Positions 25,735 through 37,763 of a stretch of 64,000 nt of DNA are shown piece after piece. This DNA comes from Sphaerodactylus townsendi (Eukaryota): contig NC_059434.1 in assembly GCF_021028975.2 (NCBI RefSeq), forward strand, positions 23,064,001 to 23,128,000, given 5' to 3'. Within the stretch, counting starts at the first letter, position 1; each line of letters opens with the position of its first letter. The notes beneath the pieces are model-generated. The model saw only the letters and a list, made by a program, of their open reading frames with translations, did no database searches and was not told the origin of the DNA. A program made the translations under genes and the position numbers.

Positions 25735-26026
25735 AAGAGTTTGGATTTATATCCCCCCTTTCTCTCCTGTAGGAGACTCAAAGGGGCTTACAATCTCCTT
25801 GCCCTTCCCCCCTCACAACAAACACCCTGTGAGGTAGGTGGGGCTGAGAGAGCTCCGAGAAGCTGTGACTAGCCCAAGGTCACCCAGCTAGCATGTGTGG
25901 GAGTTCACAGGCTAATCTGAATTCCCCAGATAAGCCTCCACAGCTCAGGCGGCAGAGCAGGGAATCAAACCCGGTTCCTCCAGATTAGATACACAAGCTC
26001 TTCACCTCCTACGCCACTGCTGCTCC
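25735..26026 (-). mobile_element. Squam3-like SINE
   Basis: Near full-length copy of the family at 24055. Confidence 0.78.
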
Positions 26027-26620
26027 TACAGTGCTTATAATGGTTTAGTATTCTGCAGTTTTCAGGTGTGGGTCCTTCAGCTTTAAAAAAAAGTATTGGG
26101 ATGAAATTCTATGTGATACAAGGGTACATATATCTTCTGACCACAAGTTTGCTTATTAGCACAAGTGTAAAAAATAGTGGATGAGGTTGGAGGTGCCTAA
26201 TCCTTCTCATTCCAGGTGTCCTCCCTGCAGGTGTCCCCCCACCCCCTGGGTAATTTCTTTTCATCCAGTTGTGTTTTTCCCAATCCTGGAGTTTTGCTGA
26301 GGAAAAGCAGTAAAAAAACCCCAGGAAGTTGGATTTGCAGAGGATAATACGTCTTGAAAGGTTGGGAAAGATTCAAATTTTCTTGCCTGCAAATGGCCAA
26401 GGCAGAGTGTTTGGGTAATAGACCCACACGTGTTCCAGTCATCAGCACTGCAAACAGCAGAACTGTTCATGCTGTTTCCACATGAAAGCTGCATTGACAT
26501 CTGAAGGCAGGCTACAGTATTATATTGTAATGGTGAATTAAATGTACCTCGGACTCTATTCAGCTTAAAAACAGTGAATAACGAATAGGCCATTTGTATC
26601 TGAATAATTTCAAACTCTTT

Positions 26621-26761
26621 GGCCCCTTCTGCACTTGCAGAATATTGCACTTTCAATCCACTTTCACAATGGTTTGCAAGTGGATTTTGCTATTCCACAC
26701 AGCTGCAAAATGCACTGAAAGTGCACTGAAAGTGCATTGTTCTGCATGTGCGGAAGGGGTC
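26621..26761. mobile_element. Palindromic PIF/Harbinger-type MITE
   Basis: GGCCCCTTCTGCAC...GTGCGGAAGGGGTC termini, 3-bp TTT flanks. Confidence 0.6.
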
Positions 26762-26885
26762 TTTCATTCCGCCTGTCAAAGGAGGACTACTCCAGAGCAA
26801 AGGCATGTCCTTTAAATATTCCTTCTAGGTGTGATGTTGTTAACTTTTATTCTACATTTGATTTTTTTCCCTTTTGTCGTTTAAG

Positions 26886-27038
26886 AACCTGTTCCATCAC
26901 TTGAAGCCAGTTCAAAGAGAAAAGGAATCACATATGATGAACTGAGGAGCAGAAACAGAGAGATGTATGAAGCAGGAGTAACACAGAAGTCAGAACTTCC
27001 ACCAAAGTCTTCACATGAAAGATTTTCCAAGAAAGAAG
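26886..27038 (+). CDS. OCIAD1: OCIAD1 coding exon 7 (EPVPSLEASSKRKGITYDELRSRNREMYE...FSKKE)
   Basis: 153 nt; matches KRKNITYEELRNKNRESYE; AG/GT boundaries, phase 1 to 1. Confidence 0.96.
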
Positions 27039-27818
27039 GTAAATTGTTAAGCAGTTGAACTGTTTGGTAATAACATCTGCTGCAGTTGTGATGAGGAAAC
27101 GGTTTAGCTTTGTCATGATATTCTTAGAGAATAAAATTGCTTTCCCCTGCTTGATTTTTTTTCAGTGGTGAGGGAGAGTTCTTACAATTTTGCAGTGTGC
27201 TTAATTCATGCTTGACTTCCTTCTTAATGGATAAAGAAAATACACTTACATTTTTGATTCTTCAGACATGCATTGGTGGAAAATGGAATAGGGTGTACTG
27301 GAGTAAGATGAATACAGTTTAATGGAATGTTTCTCATTAAAAAAATCTAGAAATGAATGGCAAAATTAGGGGATGGTAGTATGTGATATGGTACAAAAAG
27401 CAGCTCTATGGGAGTCTGTTTTTAAGTTGTTCATTCCTGTGAAAGTTCATACATGTATCTTCACCAGTAGATTACTGCAGCATCAGCAATTAGCATGTAT
27501 AAAATAATGTTCAAAAATTGAAATCACCGCTGTTGCTTCAAATGTGATGGTTTTCTCAGTGCTGTCATTTCACAAGTTCAGCTGAGATTCAGAAAGTGAT
27601 AGACATGTCTTACCCCCAGATAATTGGTGTAAATATGAAGTAGGAGGAAGTGCATTAAAATTGTACAAGACAAGGAAGCGTTACAGATACTATGGAAAAG
27701 GGATTGATCTGATAAATTAAAAATCTGAACGGAAAAGAATAAGGTTGTGTTTAGCCATAATAAATAAAAGTTCAAAAAGGTTAAATTGGAAAAAAAGGGA
27801 GAGTTCTTTAATTCTTTT

Positions 27819-27932
27819 GGGGTCTGCAACCTGCAGCTCTCCAGATGTTCATAGACAATTGGCCATTCAGGCAGGGGCTGATGGGATTTGTAGTTCATGA
27901 ACATCTGGAGAGTTTCAGGTTGCAGACCCCTG
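27819..27932. mobile_element. Internally deleted palindromic hAT MITE
   Basis: GGGGTCTGCAACC...GGTTGCAGACCCCTG, same family as 20070. Confidence 0.8.
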
Positions 27933-28168
27933 GATCATAAGCTGAATCTAAGCAAGTGTTCAGCACTCCATTTCAGGTTGCGTTGTGAGCCAATGGGGAA
28001 AATCAGAACAGAGTAAAATGATACAAGATTTGGAATACATGAGTAAAAAGCTGAGGGAGCGTGAGTATTTTTTAGCTTCTACCTAGGAGTACAACGGGAT
28101 CGAATAGTATTATTTGCAAAGAGGATATGACAAGGCAGAAGAGGGAATTTTTCTCTGGCATGACAAGG

Positions 28169-28595
28169 TGTCACAACCCCAGACTTGCTCAACAAAAGGA
28201 ATCAGTACTTTGAAAGCAGAATTCTAATTTATTGATGACAAGCATAGGAAAGCTAATGACTTCTATTGTTTGAACTAGATACAAGGCAACAGGCAAAAGA
28301 TTATATCCCCCAGCAGAGACAAGTCAGACCTTCTGAAGGTGAGAAGGTACACACACACAAGCATTCCTTTGTGGGCAGCCACGGATACACACACACACAT
28401 TCCACAGACAGTGATAGCCAGGAAGGAGAGGGGGTGAGAACCTAACGGGTTTCACTTCACTTCCGTACAGCTGCAGCTCCATGCAGAGATAACAGTGTGT
28501 AGTACGAGCAAACTTTCCCAGGCCGTTTGAGCAGGAAGCTTTCAATAGCTAGAAATATGGCAGGACCCAGGCTAAGATATTAGAGGGTCACGACA
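28169..28595 (-). mobile_element. Solo LTR (Gypsy/ERV-type)
   Basis: TGTCACAACCC...GGGTCACGACA inverted termini, exact 5-bp TSD CAAGG, minus-strand AATAAA near 28230. Confidence 0.8.
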
Positions 28596-30050
28596 CAAGG
28601 AGAGAAAGGAAAACAAACGGTCTCATTAAATGGGAAAGTGGTGTTTTTGTGGATGTCAGGCTGTGTGTGAGGCATGACACCCAAGGAAATTGCGAGACCG
28701 ATGGAGGTCACTGGTTGAGCATCCCCCTCAAGAAACTTTCCAATATTTCCAGAGTATCAGTCATCTGCTGATTTGAGCTCTGGCTCACAAAAGTATTTGC
28801 CACAATAACGTATCTGACTTTATGATGCCACAAGACTCTGTTGTTTTGCAAACTAGCATGGCTGCTTTCTGAAATGCATCTTTCTAATGCAGAGATGGAG
28901 CGAACTAAACCTAGATATCCTTTTCAGTTCTACTGAGCTTTTAAGAAGCTCTCGTCATGAAAGATTCTTAGTCAGATGTTTGCAAACTGCCAGTTCCTTC
29001 AGAAAGTTGCTCGGATCCTCTCTCCCTGACCACCAACCCCCCCCCCCCCCCCGCTTATGAATGCAGAGCATAATGCCAGAGGATGTGCCATTGTGTTCAT
29101 TTGTTTACCGTTCTGCTGGAAGGAAACTGCACTTGGTATCAACCTTGAGACTGTGTGTTTCTGATTAGAAAACAAAACTATGAATGAAAAACTGTGAAAT
29201 CACCTCCCTCTGAGTAGAAAATACTGTGTGAAAGCTTGAACAATAACTTGTTCTGCCTTTTAATGCACTTTCCAGGCATTGAATTTACACATGGGGGAGA
29301 AATTCCATGAAACAATGCATAAATGCTAAATACGCTTATATTCAGACATTATGATGGAAGAGATTTTTGTCTGCTGTAGAGGAAGGAAATTCACTAGTGA
29401 GCAGTGGCGGAGCTACCAGAGGACAGGGTGTGTGCCATGCACAGAGCGCACGGCTTTGGGTCACATGGGGGGGCAAAAAATTCCCCCCGACCCCTCCCCC
29501 TTCCCCCCGCTGCAAAGGCAGGCCTGTTCTCCAGCCTGCTCAGTTTGCTAAAGTAAATGTGGGGGGGGGAGGCGCCACGGGAAGGGGGTGCCATGCAGGG
29601 GTGGTGCTGCGAAAAAGCCAGAGTGCACACCAGGTGCACTCTGGCCCAGCTAAACCTCTGCTAGTGAGTGACTGTTAAAGCCACCCACATGTTGCAAACA
29701 TAGTTCAGCCATTCAAATTTCTGCCCATGTAACCTGAAGGCAGCGGTATCTTATGTGACCCAAATGAACCAGCTCTATCAGGTGTAGCCCCACAGTGTCA
29801 GCCTGGTTGTTTTTGACCATCAGAATGTTGTCAAGATGTCGTAAAGGTCAGGAAGCCACAGTCAAGTTTGATGTCTTTTAAAGGCTTTCTGTGATGATAC
29901 ATGTATGTTGTGACAGTCAGAGCCAGCACAGAAAGGGTTGTGACCTACTGGCCTAACAGTTCTGCCCTGTCTTAAACATTTACTGGTATAACTTGCTCAA
30001 CAGATCAGAAGGGTCTTTGTCTCATTTCTATTTCTGTTTTTTTTTTGTAG

Positions 30051-30088
30051 GTAAAGTTAATAAATATGGAGATGCTTGGGAAGAGTGA
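30051..30088 (+). CDS. OCIAD1: OCIAD1 last coding exon (GKVNKYGDAWEE*)
   Basis: Matches C-terminal KVNKYGDTWDE; strong T-rich acceptor. Total CDS 774 nt = 257 aa. Confidence 0.97.
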
Positions 30089-30201
30089 AAAATCTTTCTA
30101 CCTCCAGAATACATCTCTTCAATCAATACTTCTGCTTTATCGGTGTCCGTCAACTATCTGAATGTCCTGCTGTATTTTTGGAATACAGACATACTATAAT
30201 C

Positions 30202-30294
30202 AATAAACAAGTATTTGCCTTTTCACTTGACAAAATATAAGAATAGGTTGTTGCCCTAACAGTGTTTAACTGTAAAAAGCTGGTAATTAATAAA
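30202..30294 (+). terminator. OCIAD1: Candidate OCIAD1 polyadenylation signals
   Basis: AATAAA at 30202-30207 and 30289-30294, each followed by T/GT-rich sequence. Confidence 0.6.
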
Positions 30295-30788
30295 CCCACT
30301 GCTGTGTTTGGGGAATGAATTAGAAGCCAAAGAACAAAACCTTTAATACTGGTGAATTGCCTGTTGTGCACTGCTGTAGAAAAGGGAAGGGGTTAATTAT
30401 TTGCAATGCCCTAAAATCAGTTAAATGATAACTGAACATAAACCATATAAACATACAAGAACAAATTACTTCCCAGTAACCAGTGTGTCTAAAGTAGTAG
30501 TTGAAGGGCATGAGAACATGTTTTAGTTCCTCTTTGCAAATTGAACTACAACACAAGTGTTACATTTTAGTTGTTGGAGAGATACTTACATGTTTACTTG
30601 TGAAGGGCCCACATAGGTCAGGGGCATAGCAGACGATGATTTACTTACACGTGCTTGATTCTAGTGTCCCTTGTTAAGAAACTGCAAGTAGTATAGCTTG
30701 AAAGTCAAAAGAAAATAGTCACCCACTGGAGAGCTTTTGCCGGTCTCTGAGGATGCTGCTGTACTATGCAAATTCTGATCTGTTGTAA

Positions 30789-31095
30789 GGCAGAGCCAGT
30801 GTGGTGTAGTGTTTAAGAGCATGTGGATTCTAATCTGGAGAACCGGGTTTGATTCCCTACTCCTCCATCTGAGTGGCAGAGGCTTATCTGGTGAACCAGA
30901 TGGTGTTTCCACACTCCTACATTCCTGCTGGCTGACCTTGGGCTAGTCACAGTTCTTTGGAACTCTCTCAGTCCCACCTACCTCTCAAGGTGTCTGTTGT
31001 GGGGAGAGGTGGGGAAAGGAGCTTGTAAGCCATCTTGAGTCTCCTTACAGGAGAGAAAGGTGGGGTATAAATCCAAACTCCTCCTCCTCCTCTTC
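30789..31095 (+). mobile_element. Squam3-like SINE
   Basis: A box GTGGTGTAGTG, B box GGTTTGATTCC, (CCT/CTT)n tail. Confidence 0.78.
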
Positions 31096-31445
31096 ATATA
31101 TTTAAACTTGTGATGCTCTTCCTGTATAAGGAATTGAACTTAAGCTTGATAAGCTGATCCTGAGAAAGCAGTGTCATGTTTGTAGGAGAAATGAGCATCC
31201 TGTATCATGTGATTTTTTACTGATTGATGTATTAGGTCTTAAGGATGAGAATGTTAACAACAATAATCTTCATTAGGCATTTAAAATAGGCTCTAGAGAG
31301 TTACCAGACATTTATGAAGTACAAATCAAGAGTACATTCAAAATGCAGACAGAAAGACTGTATCTAGCATTGGACATTACTTAGAAAGTTCTGTCACTTG
31401 CAAAATAAATTTTGCTACTTGTTCCAAGAGCACAACATCTGTATT

Positions 31446-31640
31446 TGGGTGCTGTATGGTTTCTGGGCTGTATTACCATGTTCTAGCAGCATCCTCTCCT
31501 GACGTTTCGCCTGCATCTGTAGCTGGCATCTTCAGAGGATGCAGGCAAAACATCAGGAGAGAATGCTGCTAGAACAGGGCCATACAGCCTGGAAACACAC
31601 CCCAGTGATTCCGGCCGTGAAAGCCTTCAAAAATACATTG
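31446..31640. mobile_element. Inverted pair of Penelope-like pseudo-LTR units
   Basis: Two opposed units forming a fold-back; exact 12-bp TSD AACATCTGTATT at 31434 and 31641. Confidence 0.8.
31497..31539 (-). ncRNA. Minimal type I hammerhead ribozyme motif (core intact)
   Basis: Minus strand reads UCCU-CUGAAGA-U-GCC(agcuacagaugca)GGC-GAAAC-GUC-AGGA: stem I UCCU/AGGA, stem II GCC/GGC, palindromic ACGU stem III as in Penelope-associated hammerheads. Confidence 0.7.
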
Positions 31641-34149
31641 AACATCTGTATTGTTTTACAGCAGCTCCACAATAGAACGGTCAGAGTCTCTTTCAGATTT
31701 GTCTTGGGCCAGCCTGGGAGGGATGAGAATGTTCATATAGTACTGCATCAAACATATGCAACTAATTCAGCCTTTCCATACTAAGCATTTGACAATTATT
31801 TCCATGTCCACTGCCAACTTTGATGTAAGAATGGTATAAGTTGTATCTGACATATTCTCTAAGAATAGTTAAGTCTTTACAGAACAAACAGCAGGCCTAT
31901 ATGATAAACTTCTTGTACTGAATGGAGATTGTGTGTAGATGCTTAAATGACTGAAATCGAGACTGCAAGACGTTAAGGCTGTAAATTTTAAGTAAAAAGT
32001 TTGAAAACGTTGTGATGTCATGAGTACATGCTGAAAATTAGTATAGAAATTATTTGCATCCTGCCAAGTAGCAGAGAAACTGCAGGTAACATGAGAAATG
32101 TGAAACCATTAAAACATTTCCTTTTCCACAAGAATGTAGAATGGATATCTTTTTATTTTAAAAACTGGAAACTGTAAAATTTGAGCAACGTAATACTTAT
32201 TACTAAATTATATGAACATTCAAAAAAGCTTGACAGTTCATATCCCTTCAGTAAAGGAAGCTGCTGTACCAGCAAAGCTCCAGTTGTGTGCCAATTCTTT
32301 GAAAGCACGTCTGTTTTAGGTCCAGACTCCTATATCCGGTTTTGTTCCTAGTCCAATATAAAGCTGATTTCCAATGAGGCTGCTTCTTTCCAAAAGGCAA
32401 CTGCTTTTTTTACTTAATTCAGAATTGAACATTCTTATTTTCTCTGCTAAGCTGTTCTGAATGAATAACAAACAATTCAGCTGCAACAATGAAAATGGAT
32501 TTCCTCTAACAATATTCTTAGGTGCACCAAAATGTCTTGTAGTCTAACTTGGGTCCCTTCCGCACAGGCCTGGGGAGCGGGGGTGGGGGCATCAGTGTAC
32601 ATGACACTGGTGCAGCCCCGAGGCCCTTCGCACATGGGTGGCCCCGGAGCTGCTGCAGCCTGCCATGGCGCCTCTGCACAGAGGCGCGTTGCTTTAAAAA
32701 AAAACTTACCTCTTCCCTGCGTAGCTCTGCCGGAACAAGGGGACACGCCCCCATGGCCCTGACAACATCCTGGGAGTTGGAGGGCAGGAGGCGTGTCCCC
32801 TGGTCCTCACAGAGCTACACAGGGAAGAGATGGTAAGGGTTTTTTATAAGCTCGGCACTGGGTGGACGCCATTGCTTTCTAAAAGACTCACTCATTTAGC
32901 AAGTCAAGAAAACACTGTGGGGAAAATGGGTCGGTGCGGCTTTGCACCAGCAGCAGCAGCTGTGCGAAGTCCTCCCCCACAACTGTGTTTTTACTGGCCG
33001 CACACAGCTGTATACGGCCCGTGTGGAGTGGACCAGTGCCATTTTCAAGCTGGCTTCCTTGTCAATTTAAAAGTGTAATGATGTCTATACTGGTTATTTT
33101 TTCTAATATTTATTAGGCATATACAGGTGGGTAATATTAATTTAGTTTTAACAAATCACAGCCTGGGCAACACTACCACACTGGATCCAAATACCCTTGG
33201 CAATGTATTATTTTGTCTGTTTGACAATTGCTCACGGCAGCATGCTTACAGTGCCATCCTAAACAGAATTAGGATGTAAGTCTGTTCTGGATGGCACGGC
33301 TAATATCCCAAACTAAAATAGTAGTCTAAGAGAAGTAACAGTATTCTTGAAAGGTCAAACATGAACAATCCATAGATATGAAACATAAAGCAAAGGAATT
33401 CTTAAAACTTTATACTTTTATTAAAAATCTTGTTATGATACACAAAAGGTAGGTAGATTTTTACAAAATGTTGACGTCGTTGCTTTAATAGAACAGGTAC
33501 CTTGATGATTCCATTGCTTAATTCAGTGAGATCTGAAATACATAATTATAATAATTAAATGCAATGATAACACAACTCCTTTGATATCGCATTACATAAA
33601 GTACCCTAACTTCCTTGACCTCCCCCCCCCCCATGTCAACATTACTCAGGGTCCATCTATATACTAACAGCAAAGTCTGAGGATGCTTAAATTTGGTGAT
33701 TTGAGCTGAAAACAGGCAAGTCAGATCTTTTTACAAACATAAAAAGGGCCCCACGTTTGCACCAAAAAATACATTGGGGATTTCAAAACAGATCACAAAT
33801 GGTAAAAGGAGTGCCAGTAGCATTAAGGAATGGAGTTCCCCAGTGGCTCTTGCTATGGTGGCAACCTTAGCAGGAGAAAAAGAATCAGGAAAAGGGGAGA
33901 GACTATAGTGGCTTTCAGGAAAGGGAAAGAGGAAATAGCAGGGGAGAAATTGCATGCCTCCTTGCAGTTTCCCACTTGTTTAATTTTAAAGTTGTCCAAA
34001 TTTAATATGGGTAGAAAAAAACAAAACAGGTCACGAAGTTACTTGTCATCACTTTACAAATGATCACCTTACGGATTCGTTTGTTTTTAGAAGGTATTTA
34101 AATATAAGATACTTTAAATATTAAAATCTGACATTTCAGAGTGTACCTT

Positions 34150-34231
34150 TTAAGAAATGGGACTCTTGGATTTTTCAAGTTCACTTTTTTCATGCAGAGC
34201 TTTGCATTCTTTGCAAGTATGAGGACAATGC
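34150..34231 (-). CDS. OCIAD2: OCIAD2 last coding exon (WHCPHTCKECKALHEKSELEKSKSPIS*)
   Basis: Matches the OCIAD2 motif HCLLTCEECK; TTTTCAG acceptor. Total CDS 429 nt = 142 aa. Confidence 0.94.
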
Positions 34232-35017
34232 CTGAAAACATCAGAGGACAAAGGGAAGGGATATATCAGCATCACACCCAACAGTCTTCCAGAGAAGAAT
34301 GCACATATAAAATAAAGGCCAGACGTTTGTTTCCCAATCCTGAGATCTTCCCTCATGAACAGTACTGACCAGTAGTGACCTTATACATGGTAATCCCCTA
34401 CTCTTGTCCTGGGTCCTAAACACACACACACACACACACGGCTCTATCTTCTTCTATTCACACTGATCTTTACATTATCCTGAAACATGCTTGGGAGGGA
34501 TAGGGAAAGGATGACAATGATATATATATATACAGACTGATTTCATACAATTCCAATGCATTCTAGAGAGCCACTTTGCCTCCCTAGACTTTAGAAGCAA
34601 AGGCTACACATATTTCCATGATAAGTTTCCTGGTGTTTTTTTCCTGGGCATAAAATTATTCAGCAAGAACAGACTCTGGAGGATGTTTCGGGTCAAACTC
34701 CTTCACCTGGGCACCCTCTAGCATCTCTTGGGGAGAATTTGCACCCTAGACCAAGAGGGGCTCTGGAGGATGTGTTGGTCCTGCCTAACCCTGTCAGTGT
34801 GGAAGACACTCACACCTTCATAATCAAGAATGTGCCTCTTGCCAGAATGCTCTGCAGTGCACCCAGGAGAAGAAAGCCTGACGTCAGGCCAGATATGGAG
34901 ACCCATGCAACTGAAAAGGGCAGTTTTCTCACTCTAGAATTGTTGTTGTTATTTCTGCCTTCAATACTTAGGATTTTGGTAAATTCAAGTCACATCATAT
35001 ACACTTTTCAGACAAAC

Positions 35018-35117
35018 CATTTGGGTCCAAACGGATGAAAACCAATACTCTGAAACTTCTTCTGACATGTTCTCATGTACGACATAGTTCCGATAGCAAA
35101 ACCCAAGCCACCAGCAA
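35018..35117 (-). CDS. OCIAD2: OCIAD2 coding exon 5 (LAGGLGFAIGTMSYMRTCQKKFQSIGFHPFGPK)
   Basis: Matches LAGLLGFGLGKVSYIGVCQSKF; TTTGCAG acceptor, TG|GTTTGT donor, phase 1 to 2. Confidence 0.93.
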
Positions 35118-35694
35118 CTGCAAAGAGAGATCAAAGAATTGTTCTGCATAATAGGCAAATAGAAGTATAAATAGGATGAACATTCCTTAGGACAAACATC
35201 TCTTAGTTTCAGCTGTTGCTTCATTACCTCACAATGACTGGAGAAGAAAGCAAGGCCAGGAATAGTTGCTGCTTTGTCCTTATGTTGCCCAAAGTATCGT
35301 TTTCTGAGAAGGTTAACAATGTCCTAACAACCCAAATAACCCAGTTTGGCCTGAGCTCATTGGGGGTTTGGATCTAGCCACAGCCAGTTCTTGGATGGGA
35401 GATCAACCAAGGAAGGTTACATGGAGGAAAGACTTTGCCTTCCTCCATGTTGCAACCCCAGTCTTCTTTAGTGGTCTCCCATTCTAGTACTGACCATAGC
35501 TGGCCACTTCTGGTCATCTCTTGCCTCGAACACCCTGTGGTTGGGGGTCACCATGAGCTGTCTGATGGCACATTTTTCTTCTTAAGAATGCCATGTTCTA
35601 TCAGCCTTTAGGGGCGAAGTTAGATCAGTGTCAGCCACTGGCTAGTCAAAGGTGCAGTGTATTCGAACAAGGGAACAAATCATTAGTAGAGGAC

Positions 35695-35849
35695 GGGGTG
35701 ACCTGACTCAGTTGTAGAGCATCTGCTTTTCATGCAGAAGGTCCCATGTTCAATTTCCAGTTCAAAGAGCTAGTACATAATGTGCCTAAGACTTTGAAGA
35801 GTCAAAAGTAGGAAACAGTGACCTTGATAAACCAATGGTCTGATTCAGA
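35695..35849 (+). mobile_element. tRNA-derived SINE (Squam2-like), interrupted by CR1
   Basis: Head GACTCAGTTGTAGAGCATCTGCTTTTCATGCAGAAGGTCCCATGTTCAAT; tail appears to resume after 36282. Confidence 0.6.
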
Positions 35850-36282
35850 AGGGCAGAGAGAAATTTTTCTCTCTTTCTCACAATACTAGAACCAGGGGGC
35901 ATTCATTGAAAATGCTGGGGGGAAGAATTAGGACTAATAAAAGGAAACACTTCTTCACACAACGTGTGATTGGTGTTTGGAATATGCTGCCACAGGAGGT
36001 GGTGATGGCCACTAACCTGGATAGCTTTAAAAGGGGCTTGGACAGATTTATGGAGGAGAAGTCGATTTATGGCTACCAATCTTGATCCTCCTTGATCTGA
36101 GATTGCAAATGCCTTAGCAGACCAGGTGATCGGGAGCAACAGCCGCAGAAGGCCATTGCGTTCACATCCTACATGTAAGCTCCCAAAGGCACCTGGTGGG
36201 CCACTGCGAGTAGCAGAGAGCTGGACTAGATGGACTTTGGTCTGATCCAGCTGGCTTGTTCTTATGTTCTTATGTTCTTATG
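35850..36282 (+). mobile_element. CR1 LINE 3' end
   Basis: Encodes HNTRTRGHSLKMLGGRIRTNKRKHFFTQRVIGVWNMLPQEVV...FKRGLDRFME; ends in (TTCTTATG)3. Confidence 0.92.
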
Positions 36283-37199
36283 AGGTAGTATCACGTATAT
36301 AAAGGATAGCTGACTGACAATACTCAATGAGGCAATGAGGCACTGATGATTACTGGCTTCACTATTGCCAAATGGGGAGCTGGACAGATTTATGAAAATT
36401 AGCTATTGGCCATGTTAGCTGGATAAGACTCCCATATTTGGAGGGAGGGAGACCTTTAATGCTGGGAAACTCTCAGATCCTCCCAATGGCCACTGTTGGT
36501 AACAGGATGCTAGAATATACAAACCACTGGTCTGATCCAGCTTGGCTACTCTTATATTAAAGTACAGCAAGTTTGTGGTAGAGGACAGAGATGACTCTAG
36601 GAAGTTTAAGAAAAAGAAAGAAGTTTAAGAATATCCCTAAGGGATATTCCTTTCCCAACGCAGGTTTCTTACTCGCTTTAATTATCTAGGAATCGTTACT
36701 CAACAATTATCTTTTTGTTACGCAACATGGTATGCACTCCACCAGTTTACCCAAGGGCCTTCTTGCCTTGAAAACAGGAGCTGGACTCAATCATCCAACT
36801 TCTATCTATGGTAAGTAATTATTACTATAAAGTCATTATAAATTGAGAGCATAATGTTTTTAATACTAAACTGACTTGCAGAAAGCAAAGATGGGCAGGA
36901 GCCAAACGCTGCAGGAGAGGGATAGTGCAATCCGACCAACAGTTTCATCTTTTTAAGCTCACTGACAACAGCAGGAATTGTGTCATGAATTCTTCAGCCT
37001 ACAGTGACAGCATAAATTCAACGTTTCCTTTGTAGCAACGAGATCTACAAGACTGCTTTTGGCTAATACTGAAAATTAAGATTCTCAAAATGCCAGAAGT
37101 GATATTAGACAGATTTGCTCCAGTATGAACATCATGACATACGAACCGAATGGTTTTTATCTTTCCCATTTTAACATTACAAATAGTTTTCAGACTTAC

Positions 37200-37247
37200 G
37201 GGCCATTTTAGGCAGTGCTCCAAATCTTGGGTTTGCTTTCAAAGTAC
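37200..37247 (-). CDS. OCIAD2: OCIAD2 coding exon 4 (GTLKANPRFGALPKMA)
   Basis: 48 nt, TTTCAG acceptor, C|GTAAGT donor. Confidence 0.95.
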
Positions 37248-37717
37248 CTGAAACATATGATGTAATTTATTAGAAACAGGCTTCTATATCATCAGTTAAA
37301 AAAACAGCAACCTTGTGCATTGTTTGAGAGATAGAATGATTCAGTGTACTAAGTGCTGCTAGCATAATTTCCAATTACAAATGTTGTCTCAACATAACAG
37401 AGCATTATTGTCAGGTATGAAATAATTGCATCCATTTATTTATGTTAATTTCCATTTCAAAATCTCAGTGATTTACACAACACAAAAATGAATTATTGCT
37501 CCCTAACAGCGTCTTAAGATTTTTTAAAATTTGCTCCTTCATTGAGTTATACTTAACTTTGTAATACACAGCAGTATGTGAATAAATACCAGTAAGTAAA
37601 GAAATACGCAGTATTGAAGTACCCGGTACGTGTAAGCCAACTGTTAGTTGCCTATATCAGTGACATATATTTTTTATTGGAAGGAAATCTTCAAAAGAAG
37701 TGAACACCTATTCTCTC

Positions 37718-37722
<5 letters not shown>

Positions 37723-37760
<38 letters not shown>
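37723..37760. repeat. (TG)n microsatellite
   Basis: Uninterrupted TG run. Confidence 0.95.

Positions 37761-37763
<3 letters not shown>

Noticed and set aside
35695-35770. tRNA gene (also the SINE heads at 22228 and 30789)
   Set aside because: A/B boxes are present but there is no intact cloverleaf, and the sequence continues into SINE bodies.
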